Source: Candidatus Omnitrophota bacterium
GTDB lineage: Bacteria > Omnitrophota > Gorgyraeia > Gygaellales > Profunditerraquicolaceae
NCBI GenBank assembly: GCA_041651115.1
Contig: JBAZJY010000003.1
Span: 194,524-258,523 of the forward strand
Direction of reading: 5' to 3'
Length of the DNA stretch: 64,000 bases
Shown here: positions 29,210-39,808 of the stretch, piece after piece
Layout of the letters: every line of letters begins with the position of its first letter
Position numbering within the stretch: position 1 is the stretch's first letter
Translations under genes and position numbers: made by a program
The notes under the pieces: generated by a model
Told to the model about the DNA's origin: nothing
Seen by the model: only the letters and a program-made list of their open reading frames with translations
Databases searched by the model: none

Positions 29210-30168
29210 GGCCGGCCTTCTCTCCTAAAGAAAAAATAAGAAAAAAATCCGCAGATTATGCCGATACCCATAACGACATGGTCAAAAAAGGTGACCACAT
29301 ACGAAGCAAGCGCAAAAATAACCCCTTTCTCCCGCTTGAGAAAAATAATGAAGTCCAAATTCAAGATGAGCCAGATGAAAAATAAGAACGACAACGGAGG
29401 CAGGACAATACCGGCTAAGATCAACTGCGCCAATATCACGCTTGCCAGCTGCCTTTTAGGAGAATGGGCATAGCCGACCCTTTTACTCAATAATTCTTTC
29501 CAGCCTTTATAACGGATGAAGATGTGCGCCCAGTCAAAAGGAATACGGAAATCATTCAGTATAAAAGAAAAGATATTATATTTTTTAAGATGCGCCACTT
29601 CCAGATCAGGCAAAAAAGCGATCTGTTTTCCGCAGGAAACAAGCTGCTGGCCTAAAGCAGTATCGTCGGCAATCTTCACAAGAGGCTCAAAAGCAACGAG
29701 CACTGCTTTCCGGGCCGCATAGATGGAGCCGTAGATAAAAGTCACTCTTTCGGGAAGCCGGCGAAAAATATAATTCATATAGAGATTCTTATACTGGCTG
29801 AAGAAACGGTTATCCGGACAGTCTTTTGAAAGCAGGCCCGTGACTACGTCTACTTCTTTGTGACTGTCAAAATACGCGTTAATTTTAAACAGGGTATCCG
29901 GCCGTATCAAAACATCGGAATCTACGTTAACAACGATCTCTCCCCTTGCCGCGTTAATGCCTGCCTGCCGCGCAGCGATCCGGCCGGCGTTATTAATAAG
30001 TTTGATCACGCGATCGGCATAAGGCCCGGCTATGGCCCTTGTCTCGTCACTGGAATTACAATCAACGACAATAACCTCATACTCTTTATAGCCGGAATTC
30101 CGTATATGTTCAAGGCATTCTTTTATGGTATTCCGGCTGTTATAAGTAGGGACAACCACTGAGAGCAT
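29206..30168 (-). CDS. GT2 glycosyltransferase with C-terminal TM helices; paralog of 32985..33956
   Basis: VVVPTYNS...VDSDV GT2 motifs; C-terminal hydrophobic helices; about 70 percent identity to its paralog. Confidence 0.8.
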   Translation of the reverse strand: MLSVVVPTYNSRNTIKECLEHIRNSGYKEYEVIVVDCNSSDETRAIAGPYADRVIKLINNAGRIAARQAGINAARGEIVVNVDSDVLIRPDTLFKINAYFDSHKEVDVVTGLLSKDCPDNRFFSQYKNLYMNYIFRRLPERVTFIYGSIYAARKAVLVAFEPLVKIADDTALGQQLVSCGKQIAFLPDLEVAHLKKYNIFSFILNDFRIPFDWAHIFIRYKGWKELLSKRVGYAHSPKRQLASVILAQLILAGIVLPPLSFLFFIWLILNLDFIIFLKREKGVIFALASYVVTFFDHVVMGIGIICGFFSYFFFRREGRP

Positions 30169-30362
30169 TATAGGCTTGCCTCTCTGCAGACGCGCCTGCG
30201 GCTTCTCCTAAACAACAACTCTGTTGCCCCGGCGATCATGCCGGAAATATATACAAGATTGCCAAGCAGCATAAGGAAAAAGAAAAAACATGCCTTCAGG
30301 AAAGGATAGTGTTTTTTCCGATAGCAATCGTAGGTCATTAACGCTTCGAACATCAGCCTCAT
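30168..30362 (-). CDS. Small single-TM hypothetical protein
   Basis: 64-aa ORF wedged between two GT2 genes. Confidence 0.3.
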   Translation of the reverse strand: MRLMFEALMTYDCYRKKHYPFLKACFFFFLMLLGNLVYISGMIAGATELLFRRSRRRVCREASL

Positions 30363-30371
30363 CTTACGGCC

Positions 30372-31271
30372 CTACACCCCTCTTTTACGGAAAAGATCGT
30401 GAGAATACCCCAAAAATTCTCCTATTGCCCAGACAAGACTTCCTATCAGCATAAAAGGAAAAACAAAGGCTAACTTGCTTTTTGGAATGTCGCTGCCTAA
30501 GGCGCGTAACACATATTTATAAGCTATCACCAGCGGAAACACGGGAAAAAGTATTATATAGACAGTATCTTTAAACCTGCTGAATTTTTCCGATACCGCC
30601 CTGGCAGCGCTAAAATCCCTGCCACGCACAATGCCATATTTTATAAACTCAATAAAAGACGCGGAATTAATATGGGCCACCGATATATCCGGAGAAAACC
30701 ATAGCTTGCATCCGTTTTTACGCAGCCGCCAATTAAATTCGGTATCATGGCTGTAGTTTTTCTCCAGGAATCCTCCGCATCTTTCAAATGCCCACTTCTT
30801 ATACGAAACATTGCAGGTCGGCAGATGTCTTGTCTCCGAAGCTTTTCCCCGCGGGAAGACATCTCCGAACCAGGTAAGATACGCTGCCCAGCCAAAGAAA
30901 GTCTCGGGATTTCCATTCTTCACCGGGCCGCCTATGGCTACATAAGAAGTCTGATGGGCTTTCAGGATAGCATCAATCCAGCCTTCCCCGGCAATACAAT
31001 CGGAATCTATGCAGGCGATAATCCCGCCTTTAGCCTGCGCATTGCCGAAATTGCGCGCTTCACCGGGAAATTTCCTCTCCGTAAAATGAAAGAGCCGGAC
31101 CAGGGGAAATTCCTTCTCTACGATTTTAGGGGTATTGTCAGTAGAACTATCAACTAAAATGATCTCGGCAGACTCCGGGTCCAGCTGGCCCATAAGCGAA
31201 TCCAGGCATTTTCTTATTGTTTTTTCTGCGTTACGCGAAACAATAACAACGGATAAAATAGGATCGGGCAT
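30372..31271 (-). CDS. GT2 glycosyltransferase
   Basis: LSVVIVSRNAEKTI...IDSDC motifs. Confidence 0.8.
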   Translation of the reverse strand: MPDPILSVVIVSRNAEKTIRKCLDSLMGQLDPESAEIILVDSSTDNTPKIVEKEFPLVRLFHFTERKFPGEARNFGNAQAKGGIIACIDSDCIAGEGWIDAILKAHQTSYVAIGGPVKNGNPETFFGWAAYLTWFGDVFPRGKASETRHLPTCNVSYKKWAFERCGGFLEKNYSHDTEFNWRLRKNGCKLWFSPDISVAHINSASFIEFIKYGIVRGRDFSAARAVSEKFSRFKDTVYIILFPVFPLVIAYKYVLRALGSDIPKSKLAFVFPFMLIGSLVWAIGEFLGYSHDLFRKRGV

Positions 31272-31279
31272 TTTCCGGT

Positions 31280-31963
31280 TTAATTACCTGTCAGCATATG
31301 GTACTTGCCGTAAAAGAACAGCTTTTTAAGGCAAGTCAGGGCGCTTTTTACTTCCATATGCCAGGCCTTTGCATTGTCAAAATAGATAACGCTGGAACTA
31401 CCGTTATGTTTTGCGCATTTTTTGACGATCCCGGTATCTCCGGCAACCGGACATGTAGAAAAATTACCCAATTGCCTGAAGGCAGAGGCGCGCACAGCCA
31501 TGTTATTGGTGTAGCCGTAATATTTTTCCGTGATACGATTAGTAAAAATATACCTGGCCCTTGCGTTACCGAGGTCTTCAAATAATCTTGCCGCGGCAGA
31601 GCATTGAGGATGGAAATATACGCTGCCTAATGCAATAAGCACTTCGGGGCCTTGCATTGCTTCCTGAAACCTGCTTAGCCAGTCGGCCGGGACGACGCAG
31701 TCTGCGTCTGTGAAAACAATGATCTCTCCTCTTGCTGCCTGCAGGCCGCGGTTACGGGCGAAATAGACATTGCGCCTGAGTTCGTTAAACAGCTGTATTT
31801 GGCTGAATTGCCTGATAAAAGAAGCTGAACCGTCAGTAGAGCCGCTATCAATAAAGATAAGTTCGTATTCCTCTTTAGGAAAATCCTGGGCGAGAAGCGA
31901 GTTAACGCAGTCCTTTATGTATTTCTCTTCGTTAAAGAAAGGTACGATTACGGAAAAGACCAT
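31280..31963 (-). CDS. GT2 glycosyltransferase, shorter paralog of 25668..26540 lacking the C-terminal TM tail
   Basis: About 70 percent identity to 25668..26540 over 225 aa. Confidence 0.8.
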   Translation of the reverse strand: MVFSVIVPFFNEEKYIKDCVNSLLAQDFPKEEYELIFIDSGSTDGSASFIRQFSQIQLFNELRRNVYFARNRGLQAARGEIIVFTDADCVVPADWLSRFQEAMQGPEVLIALGSVYFHPQCSAAARLFEDLGNARARYIFTNRITEKYYGYTNNMAVRASAFRQLGNFSTCPVAGDTGIVKKCAKHNGSSSVIYFDNAKAWHMEVKSALTCLKKLFFYGKYHMLTGN

Positions 31964-31969
31964 GGTTTT

Positions 31970-32992
31970 TTAGCTAATGCTGCGCAAAAAATCATTAAAA
32001 ATAGCCGTATTCTTTTCTCTGTTATTCGTGATCATAAATTCAAAAGCCTTTGCGCGGTTAATGAGCCGCCAGGCGTTGCGGCTGCGAGAATATAAATACG
32101 GGATCCGGGAAATAATCTCTGCCGGGCTCTTTTGAAAAATATATTCAATGCCCTGGAAAAGGCCCATACCGATAACGCAATCTTCAAAAAATTTCCGGCA
32201 GGCTGCGGGTTTACCGACCGGTGTTATCTTGGGCTCCTGACCGAGAACTCTTCTTCCTAAAATAACCGTCGCACCGGAAAATGGCCGACAGGCAGATATC
32301 CTGTCGCCGAAAAATTCAATATCAATAAGAAATTTCGGCCCGAATTCTTCGCGGGGAAAAAACCGGATATAGTGTTGAGGGATTTCCTTCGGCAGCGACT
32401 GGGGACGTATCCCGATCCGCAAAGGAAACGGAAAAACATTACCCTGCCGGTCAATAAGAGGAGAATCTTCTGAGATCAGTTTTACCTTATTATTTAACGA
32501 TAAAGTGTCCAGGGTAATCGTGGTCTTACCGCCTCCCATGCCTAAAAGTAGAAGTATTGCCTTGCCTTCCAGCTCAAACCCCAAAGCGTGGACGCGGCAC
32601 AAACCTTTTTTATCAAATTGTTCGCCGATCAGCGAAATTATCAACGTATAACAGATCTCATGTAACGCAACCGGATCAAGCGCATACACAGAATAACGCC
32701 GGTTCTTCCGGTCATAAATAACCAAAGCCCTGCCCGGATAGTCAATATATTTTAAATCGCCGCGGCGATAGCAGATGTTGCGCGGAGACAAATAACTAGC
32801 AACCATAGGAGCCAGATCTGCATACGGCGGCTCCTGCTGATAAACGGTTATTTCTATACCTGTGGATTGCGGGTTAGGGGTTTTAAAATAGGAAAAATCC
32901 CTGCCGATATATTCCAGCGCCTGCGCGCAGGAACTCTTTATTCTTACATCTACGCCATAAAAGGATAACTGCAGGGTCTCCAATTTATTCAT
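31970..32992 (-). CDS. P-loop-containing hypothetical protein (Walker A-like GMGGGKTT; HprK-like or serine-kinase-like fold is possible)
   Basis: 340 aa; LLLGMGGGKTTITLD motif. Confidence 0.35.
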   Translation of the reverse strand: MNKLETLQLSFYGVDVRIKSSCAQALEYIGRDFSYFKTPNPQSTGIEITVYQQEPPYADLAPMVASYLSPRNICYRRGDLKYIDYPGRALVIYDRKNRRYSVYALDPVALHEICYTLIISLIGEQFDKKGLCRVHALGFELEGKAILLLLGMGGGKTTITLDTLSLNNKVKLISEDSPLIDRQGNVFPFPLRIGIRPQSLPKEIPQHYIRFFPREEFGPKFLIDIEFFGDRISACRPFSGATVILGRRVLGQEPKITPVGKPAACRKFFEDCVIGMGLFQGIEYIFQKSPAEIISRIPYLYSRSRNAWRLINRAKAFEFMITNNREKNTAIFNDFLRSIS

Positions 32993-33956
32993 TTTTCCTT
33001 CTAAAAAACAAATAAGAAAAACAGCCGCAAAATATCCCCATGCCCATCACCAGTTGGTCAAAAAAAGTAACGATACAGGACTGAAACGCAAAAATCCTTC
33101 CTCTTTCTTTTCCGAGAAAAATAATAAAGTCAAGATTCAGGAAAAACCAGATAAGAAAAGAAACTAGCAGCGCAAGCAGGGAAAAATAACCCAGGCACAA
33201 AATCAACGGTATCAGCAATACGCTGATTATCTGCTTGTTTGAAGCATGCGCAAAACCTGCCTTCTTCTGCAGCAGTTCTTTCCAACCTTTATAGCGGATA
33301 AAAAGGCGCGCCCAGTCAAAAGGAATACGAAAATCATTCTTAATAAAAGAAAAAATATTATACTGTTTAAGGTGCACGACTTCTAAGTCCGGCAAAAATG
33401 CGATCTGCCTGCCGCACAAGACAAGCTGCTGGCCGAAAGCCGTGTCATCGGCGATCTTTACAAAAGGCTCAAAATCAGCAAGCGCCTCCTTTCTGGCCGC
33501 GTATATGGAACCATAAACAAAGGTCACTCTTTCAGGAAGGCGGCGAAAAATATAATGCATATAAAGATTCTTATACTGGCTAAAGAAACCCCGGTCAGGA
33601 CATTCTTTGGAAAGGATGCCGGTGAGTGCATCAACATCTTTATGGCTTGAAAAATATTCCTTGATTTTAACGAGGGTATCCGGCCGGATCAAAATATCCG
33701 AATCAACATTAACGATAATTTCCCCTTTTGCCGCACTAATGCCTGCCTGCCGCGCCACGGCCCAGCCGCTGTTTTCTGTCAGCTTTACGATACGGTCGGC
33801 ATAAGGCTCGGCCAGGGCAATAGTCTGGTCGCCTGAACTATCATCAACGATAATAAGCTCGTAATCTTTATAGAGAGAATTCCGGATTGATTTAAGGCAC
33901 TCTTGTATGGAATGCTGGCTGTTATAAGTAGGAACGATTACGGACAAAAAGGGCAT
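32985..33956 (-). CDS. GT2 glycosyltransferase with C-terminal TM helices; paralog of 29206..30168
   Basis: SVIVPTYNS...VDSDI motifs. Confidence 0.8.
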   Translation of the reverse strand: MPFLSVIVPTYNSQHSIQECLKSIRNSLYKDYELIIVDDSSGDQTIALAEPYADRIVKLTENSGWAVARQAGISAAKGEIIVNVDSDILIRPDTLVKIKEYFSSHKDVDALTGILSKECPDRGFFSQYKNLYMHYIFRRLPERVTFVYGSIYAARKEALADFEPFVKIADDTAFGQQLVLCGRQIAFLPDLEVVHLKQYNIFSFIKNDFRIPFDWARLFIRYKGWKELLQKKAGFAHASNKQIISVLLIPLILCLGYFSLLALLVSFLIWFFLNLDFIIFLGKERGRIFAFQSCIVTFFDQLVMGMGIFCGCFSYLFFRRKNE

Positions 33957-34132
33957 TGCGGTTCCATTGTTGGCGCTTCAGCTTTACGCAGGGATTCCGA
34001 CGATTATGCAGAAAATTATACTTTATTTAGCCTGCAAATTCAATAAGTATTGTTTGCGGCACATTTTCCTTGATTTTGCCCGGATTATTATATATAGTCA
34101 TTTAGGTAAGTCCGCAGGCCACAAGGAGCATA

Positions 34133-35182
34133 ATGCAATACAATTTTTGGCGCTTCCATCCGATCACGAAATTATTCTATTCCAGAAGACACACTCTAAG
34201 CGTACCGCCAAGCAGATTGATGTTTTCCTTAACCGGAAGATGCAACCTGCGCTGCCGGCACTGCCCAAGATCCAGTCTTCATGATCTCAACGAAAGCGAT
34301 TCGTCAAAAGAGCTGATTGATTACGTGGTTGAAAAGATCCTGCCGCATTGCAAATACTTGAGAATAGGCGGAAATACTTTGGGCGAACCGCTGCTATCCG
34401 AAAATTTTGATTATTTTTTCTCATCCATTGAAAAAAATAAGCCCAGGGAAGTCCATCTGGTTACCAATCTTACGCTCCTTGATGAAAAAAAGGCCGAAAC
34501 CCTAGTTAAGTATGTTGATAATCTTGAGGTCAGCGTTGAAGGAAGCCAAACGGCCTATTCACAGATACGTAATTTCAGTTGGCAGAAGCTCCTGGAAAAT
34601 ATCAAGCTTCTGCAAAAATACAGAGAAAAACATAAAGACAGCAAGCTAAGGGCCACTTTGCTTATCTGCACGATGTTAAGTAACCTTGAAAGCCTGATGG
34701 GCCTTTTTGACCTTAAGGATATCGGCGTTGATAAACTGGCTTTCCGCGAATTTGTAGCTTATGATAAAGATAAGCAGGCAGAATGCCTGTGGCGGAATCC
34801 GGAAAGAGTTAACGCATATATTAAAAAGTTTGAAAAAAGATCAAAAGAAACAGGCATGTGTATAGATATCAAGTTTAAAAATAACTATCCTGACAAAAAA
34901 CCGCACAAAATACATAGCCGTAAGCCGGGATCTGATAAATGCTACTTCCCATGGTCCTGCATTTCAATTGATAATACCGGGAGCATTTCATGTTGTTGTA
35001 ACAATAGCCTAGAACTTGGTAGAATAACCACATATGAAGAAGGCCTTTTCGGTTTTTGGAATAATAATAATTTTATTGCCCTGCGCAAATCCGTAAATAC
35101 CGCAGAACCGTGGCCGATATGTCTTGAGTGCGAAAGAAAAGCCATGCCGGAAATGGATAATAATGGTCAGACGCCTTCTTAA
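34133..35182 (+). CDS. Radical SAM/SPASM-domain protein
   Basis: AAGGAG 5 nt upstream of the ATG; CNLRCRHC cluster; C-terminal CYFPWSCISIDNTGSISCCCNN and CLECE cysteine-rich region. Confidence 0.75.
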   Translation: MQYNFWRFHPITKLFYSRRHTLSVPPSRLMFSLTGRCNLRCRHCPRSSLHDLNESDSSKELIDYVVEKILPHCKYLRIGGNTLGEPLLSENFDYFFSSIEKNKPREVHLVTNLTLLDEKKAETLVKYVDNLEVSVEGSQTAYSQIRNFSWQKLLENIKLLQKYREKHKDSKLRATLLICTMLSNLESLMGLFDLKDIGVDKLAFREFVAYDKDKQAECLWRNPERVNAYIKKFEKRSKETGMCIDIKFKNNYPDKKPHKIHSRKPGSDKCYFPWSCISIDNTGSISCCCNNSLELGRITTYEEGLFGFWNNNNFIALRKSVNTAEPWPICLECERKAMPEMDNNGQTPS

Positions 35183-36158
35183 AGCGCTGAATGAACGGGC
35201 TTACAAGCTGTTTGGAGAACTTGCTTGGTATAAAACACTAAGAAAGTTTTATTACTGCGGTATTAGATCCTGCGTTAAACGACGGAACAGCTCTTTTATT
35301 TTTTTAAACGGCCGTCAGCTGTCTGAAAAAAAACAGCGGCTCATGGAACATAACAAAATATGGAAAAAGGAACTGACACACCTCGCAATATATAAGCTTA
35401 AGAACAACGCTAGGGAAACCGTGGTAGTTAACCTTAAGGGGTCCGATTCATTCAAATTGGATGATGTTTTGTTTTGTGAATTGTTTGCATCCCGTGATCT
35501 TAAAATAGACTACAGTTTTTTTAAAGACGAGCTTCTTAGATGCATATATCCTGCCGAAAGCAGAGAGTATAGATATTACAAATACTGCGAAAGCCTTTTG
35601 AACTTTTATTTGAATAATTACGCTGCCAAAAAAGATGATTGCTCTACCGCGCAATTTTCCCTGGATATGTATAAATATGCGATCAATCATATCCGGGGCA
35701 ATTCGGTCTTAGACGCGGGCAGTTGCGCGGCAATTTTCCCAATATTGCTAAAACTAAAAATGCCCGCTAACGAAGTAACAGCCAGCGATTGCAATTGCGG
35801 ATACTTTGATGATTTCGCAGTGCAATATTGTAAGCAAAACGGCATAAACATTAAATTCAAGAAATTAGACATCCTATCCCCTTCCACGGAGGAGAGCTAC
35901 GATACCGTGACCAGCATCCACACCCTGGAACATTTTGAAGAAAAGGATACTGCCGCGGTGATCAACAACCTGCTTAAGATAACGAATAAAAGACTGATCA
36001 TGATCTTTCCCTTTGAAGATTTTATCACCATAAAAGACCACCGTCAGAAACTAAACCATAAAAAGATCAATATGATAATCAAGAACTTGCGCTTTCCCGC
36101 CAAAATAGAAAAAGTAAGCGCGCGGAATTACGCTTTGGCAATAGACACTGATAGATGA
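35124..36158 (+). CDS. Class I SAM-dependent methyltransferase-like protein (start possibly at 35163)
   Basis: VLDAGSCAA and TVTSIHTLEHFEE motifs. Confidence 0.45.
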   Translation: MSAKEKPCRKWIIMVRRLLKALNERAYKLFGELAWYKTLRKFYYCGIRSCVKRRNSSFIFLNGRQLSEKKQRLMEHNKIWKKELTHLAIYKLKNNARETVVVNLKGSDSFKLDDVLFCELFASRDLKIDYSFFKDELLRCIYPAESREYRYYKYCESLLNFYLNNYAAKKDDCSTAQFSLDMYKYAINHIRGNSVLDAGSCAAIFPILLKLKMPANEVTASDCNCGYFDDFAVQYCKQNGINIKFKKLDILSPSTEESYDTVTSIHTLEHFEEKDTAAVINNLLKITNKRLIMIFPFEDFITIKDHRQKLNHKKINMIIKNLRFPAKIEKVSARNYALAIDTDR

Positions 36159-38101
36159 AAACAAACCCAGATACATACCGCGCAGATATATCCGTTGTCA
36201 TTCCTACCTGCAATAGGCCGGTAGGCTTGCGCCGGCTGCTGGATAGCCTGTCTAAACAAACTATCCGGGTCAAAGAAATAATCGTTGTTGATAACGGAGA
36301 GCAGGGCAAAATCACTCCCCTCATTTCAAGCTTTTCCGGATCGCTAAACATAAGATATTTTTTTGAGCCATCTAAAGGCATCTCTATTGTCCGCAACAAA
36401 GGCATATCTGTTTCAACCTGCCCTATCATAGCCTTTCTGGATGATGATTGCGTTGCCCAGCCGCAGTGGCTGGAAGCCATAGACCGGGCATTTCAAGAAA
36501 ACCGGGATATTCAGATTTTGCAAGGCAATACAACCCAAACATCAACGACAAAAAACTTATATGTTGATATTTTTCAGGCTGACTACAAAGAATATATCCG
36601 AAATATGCTCTCTAAGACACCCGGATACGTAAGCATACTTAATACGCAAAATTTTGCCGTAAAACGGGAGCTAATCACGAGGTTCCGCATGCCTTTTGAA
36701 GAAAGGCTCGCTACAAACGAAGACCTTGAGCTATATTGGAAGCTCAATAAAATGGGTATCAGGGTCGCGTATTCAGAAGAAATGAAGGCAGACCATTACG
36801 CCTGCAATCGTTTTCTGCCTTTTCTGCGCGTGTGGTATAGATACGGCTTTGGTAAATCCCAAATTAAACGGCTGCATCCGGATTTTTCAGATGAATATTA
36901 TATCGACAATACCGCTTCTATATTTTCCTGCCTGCGTATGCTGTATCGCGAAATATTCCGGCCGCGGCACAAGATGGCCAATGCCATTATGTATTACCCT
37001 GTCTTAATCGCGCAAAAATCGTTCTTTATCGCCGGCATGTACATGGGAAGGAAAATGCCTGTCCCGGCATATAAGCGGCCCGCTACGCCTCCGGAAATGG
37101 TGCTGTTCGTGACAAATGAATGTAACCTCTCCTGTCGCCACTGTTTTTATCAATCCGCGCTTGCGCAAGACAAGCGGGAAATAAAAGCTTCCGATACAAT
37201 AAAGATCTTACGATCATTAACCCGTGACTTGGAAACAGTTTGCCTTGGCGGAGGCGAACCGTTCATTAATAAAGAGCTGGCTGAAATATGCAAGGCCTTT
37301 GCGCAAAATATTTATTTAAAAGACCTGTATATCGTAAGCAACGGCTTTGAAACCAACCGGATAATTGAAACAACCGAAGATATGCTCAAAAATTCGTTCT
37401 TTAACATACACCTGCGCATCTCCCTTGACGGCATGGCAGATAGCCACAACCGCATCAGGGGTAATGAACTGGCTTTTTCAAACGCAGTTGCCACGATCAA
37501 GGCGCTAAAGGACCTGCAGCGCAGATACGAGAAATTACAGCCAAGTATACAAACGATAATCAGCCAATTAAATATCGGGGAATTGACCCAATTGGCGCAA
37601 TTTGTCAAAAAAGAAATTGGAGTAATGCATGTATTTGATATCATCCGGGGCGCTACCATGTTTTACAAAAATGGCCTCTTTATAAACGAATCCTATGGTC
37701 CGCCAGATACAAGCCAACTGCTTACGCATAAACAGCTAAAATATGCCGCAAAGACAGTAAAAAAGTTCTACCGGGAATACGCCCAAGACAATACCATGAA
37801 ACCGGATGAAGCAAAATATCAGGAAACTCTCTTCAGCATAAGCAGTTACCAGGCGCTGAAAAGAAAACCGATAGTCAGGTGTTCAGCCGGAAAATCCATC
37901 GCGGTGATTTTTCCCAATTACGATGTTTCTCTTTGCGAGGCAGCCCGGCCAATTGGGAACCTTGCGGACCATAGCTTTGACTTTACGAAAATACAAACTA
38001 AGTTTTCCACGCCAGAAATAAAAAACCTAAGGGATTGCTGTTATTGCACCAATCCCTGCTATATTTCTTCAAGTATCCAAAACATGCGCGGGAGAAGATA
38101 A
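36155..38101 (+). CDS. Fusion protein with an N-terminal GT2 glycosyltransferase and a C-terminal radical SAM/SPASM domain
   Basis: N-terminus has ISVVIPTCNRP...FLDDDC; the middle has FVTNECNLSCRHC (CxxxCxxC); the C-terminus has cysteines at CSAGKS, CEAA and CCYCTNPCY. Confidence 0.7.
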   Translation: MKTNPDTYRADISVVIPTCNRPVGLRRLLDSLSKQTIRVKEIIVVDNGEQGKITPLISSFSGSLNIRYFFEPSKGISIVRNKGISVSTCPIIAFLDDDCVAQPQWLEAIDRAFQENRDIQILQGNTTQTSTTKNLYVDIFQADYKEYIRNMLSKTPGYVSILNTQNFAVKRELITRFRMPFEERLATNEDLELYWKLNKMGIRVAYSEEMKADHYACNRFLPFLRVWYRYGFGKSQIKRLHPDFSDEYYIDNTASIFSCLRMLYREIFRPRHKMANAIMYYPVLIAQKSFFIAGMYMGRKMPVPAYKRPATPPEMVLFVTNECNLSCRHCFYQSALAQDKREIKASDTIKILRSLTRDLETVCLGGGEPFINKELAEICKAFAQNIYLKDLYIVSNGFETNRIIETTEDMLKNSFFNIHLRISLDGMADSHNRIRGNELAFSNAVATIKALKDLQRRYEKLQPSIQTIISQLNIGELTQLAQFVKKEIGVMHVFDIIRGATMFYKNGLFINESYGPPDTSQLLTHKQLKYAAKTVKKFYREYAQDNTMKPDEAKYQETLFSISSYQALKRKPIVRCSAGKSIAVIFPNYDVSLCEAARPIGNLADHSFDFTKIQTKFSTPEIKNLRDCCYCTNPCYISSSIQNMRGRR

Positions 38102-38229
38102 AAATGGCTATTTTAACTATCAGGGCACGCAAGTTCCCCTATGTCCTTGCCTTAATCATGTTCTTAAGCAACCTGTATTTCCTCCTTTTCAAAAAAAATA
38201 AGATCATAAAAATGAAATAGGCTCCGGCT

Positions 38230-39804
38230 ATGCGAAAAACCCTTGAATATTTTTGCGATTATTGCTCGAAAAATAAATTCCTTAGCCCTCTCTTTGCCGC
38301 GTATTACCGATTAGCCGTCAAATCGCTGGCACTTGCCTTAAAAATGCATAATTTTAAACAAATAGTAAAAGTCTATTTGCGCCATAGGGATTGGATCTTG
38401 GGCGTCAGCGACATAGACCTCATTTTCATTATGAAATCTTTGGAACCGGCGGAAGATGCGAGTTCTTTCAAGAAGCTATGGAAAACCTATATTTTTTTGC
38501 GTAAGCTGTTTCCCATGCTCTGCGACACAGAAGAAATCCGGTTTATTCCCGAAGAACAGATCAGAGAACACCCCCTCCGGGTAAACGGCGAAACGGCATT
38601 GCTGCTGTCTCCGCATAAATGGGAATGCATCTATTCCAAAAAAGGCAGTATCTCCCCTGCGTCTTTTTCCCTATCTCATCCGGAAAAGCCTGCCATACCG
38701 CATACCCGTTTCCTGCATTTTAACTTTTACGGTTATATGCAACGGATGATCCTCTCCGGGCAGGATATTCCGGCATTAAAGTTTTGCCGGTTACGCAAAA
38801 ATATGATGAAAATATTGCAGCACTTATTCTATTTAAAGAATAGCAAGGCAATCGGGATGGATGAATTGACAAAGCAGCTCTCCGGACAGGAAAAAACCTG
38901 CAAAGACGCGGATGAAATAGCGGCGAGAGATATATTTAAGCTCCTGGAAGAAGTTCCCGCAGGCGCTGCAGCCCGCCGCAATGCACTGCTTTACGCCTTT
39001 CGAAAACTGATCCTATTTATCCAGGATGTCCACGACCGCCATTATGACCTCGGAAGCGGAACTCATCCCGCCCCCCATACCCATGATGGCAGCTGGATGG
39101 GAAAGCCGCTGAAAGATTTTATTGAAGAAGGCAACAGGTTATTCGGCGAGCGTTTCCGGGTTAATGCCATAAAACCGATCTCTGAACTTACGCAGCGGGC
39201 ATTCCTTTCTATCGACGAAAATACCGACCGGGATCTTTTTGAAAAATTGATCCTGTTCTCAAGCCGGCATTATCAAATGCTCCTCCGGTCCGGAACGTCC
39301 CTTTATGTTGTTACGGATAAGATCCTTACATCGCAATTCTACGCCCTATGGAGCCCCCATGCGCTGGAAGCGCATATATTGCTGGCAAGGGATTCCTTTA
39401 ATCCCGGACAAATGTTAAAAATCAAATTACCTCCGGAGGAATGGACTTTACGGAAAATCAGGAATTCGCTTGCCATTTTTGAGGAATACTATCTTCCCCT
39501 TCTGGCATCTCCGTATGCCGGAGGAAACGGCATAGATTTCTGCAAGATATACGAAAGGCCGGAAGTAGAAATGTTGTTCCATTATTTTTATTACCTGAAA
39601 GACCGGGATGTCTATTTTCGCGACCTTAAACAGGCAAAGGGCGACTCCGCTGAAATACTCTGCCTGACTGCTGCAAAATATGCCGATGAAATCGGATTAA
39701 ACCAGTGGCATCCGTATGAATATGTAACGGCATATCCCTATCTTAAAAAAATGATCCGCCTTGTTGACCGGATGACTTGCGAAAGAATCGGCCGGAGATG
39801 TTAA
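38230..39804 (+). CDS. Hypothetical protein with an N-terminal nucleotidyltransferase (Pol-beta-like) motif
   Basis: ILGVSDIDLIFI matches the GS...DxD pattern; 524 aa. Confidence 0.4.
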   Translation: MRKTLEYFCDYCSKNKFLSPLFAAYYRLAVKSLALALKMHNFKQIVKVYLRHRDWILGVSDIDLIFIMKSLEPAEDASSFKKLWKTYIFLRKLFPMLCDTEEIRFIPEEQIREHPLRVNGETALLLSPHKWECIYSKKGSISPASFSLSHPEKPAIPHTRFLHFNFYGYMQRMILSGQDIPALKFCRLRKNMMKILQHLFYLKNSKAIGMDELTKQLSGQEKTCKDADEIAARDIFKLLEEVPAGAAARRNALLYAFRKLILFIQDVHDRHYDLGSGTHPAPHTHDGSWMGKPLKDFIEEGNRLFGERFRVNAIKPISELTQRAFLSIDENTDRDLFEKLILFSSRHYQMLLRSGTSLYVVTDKILTSQFYALWSPHALEAHILLARDSFNPGQMLKIKLPPEEWTLRKIRNSLAIFEEYYLPLLASPYAGGNGIDFCKIYERPEVEMLFHYFYYLKDRDVYFRDLKQAKGDSAEILCLTAAKYADEIGLNQWHPYEYVTAYPYLKKMIRLVDRMTCERIGRRC

Positions 39805-39808
39805 ATAT

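Noticed and set aside
33967-34284. 105-aa plus-strand ORF at the head of the radical SAM operon, considered as a possible precursor peptide
   Set aside because: It overlaps the divergent promoter region and the well-supported radical SAM ORF that starts at 34133 with an AAGGAG RBS; no leader-like or Cys-rich core was seen.
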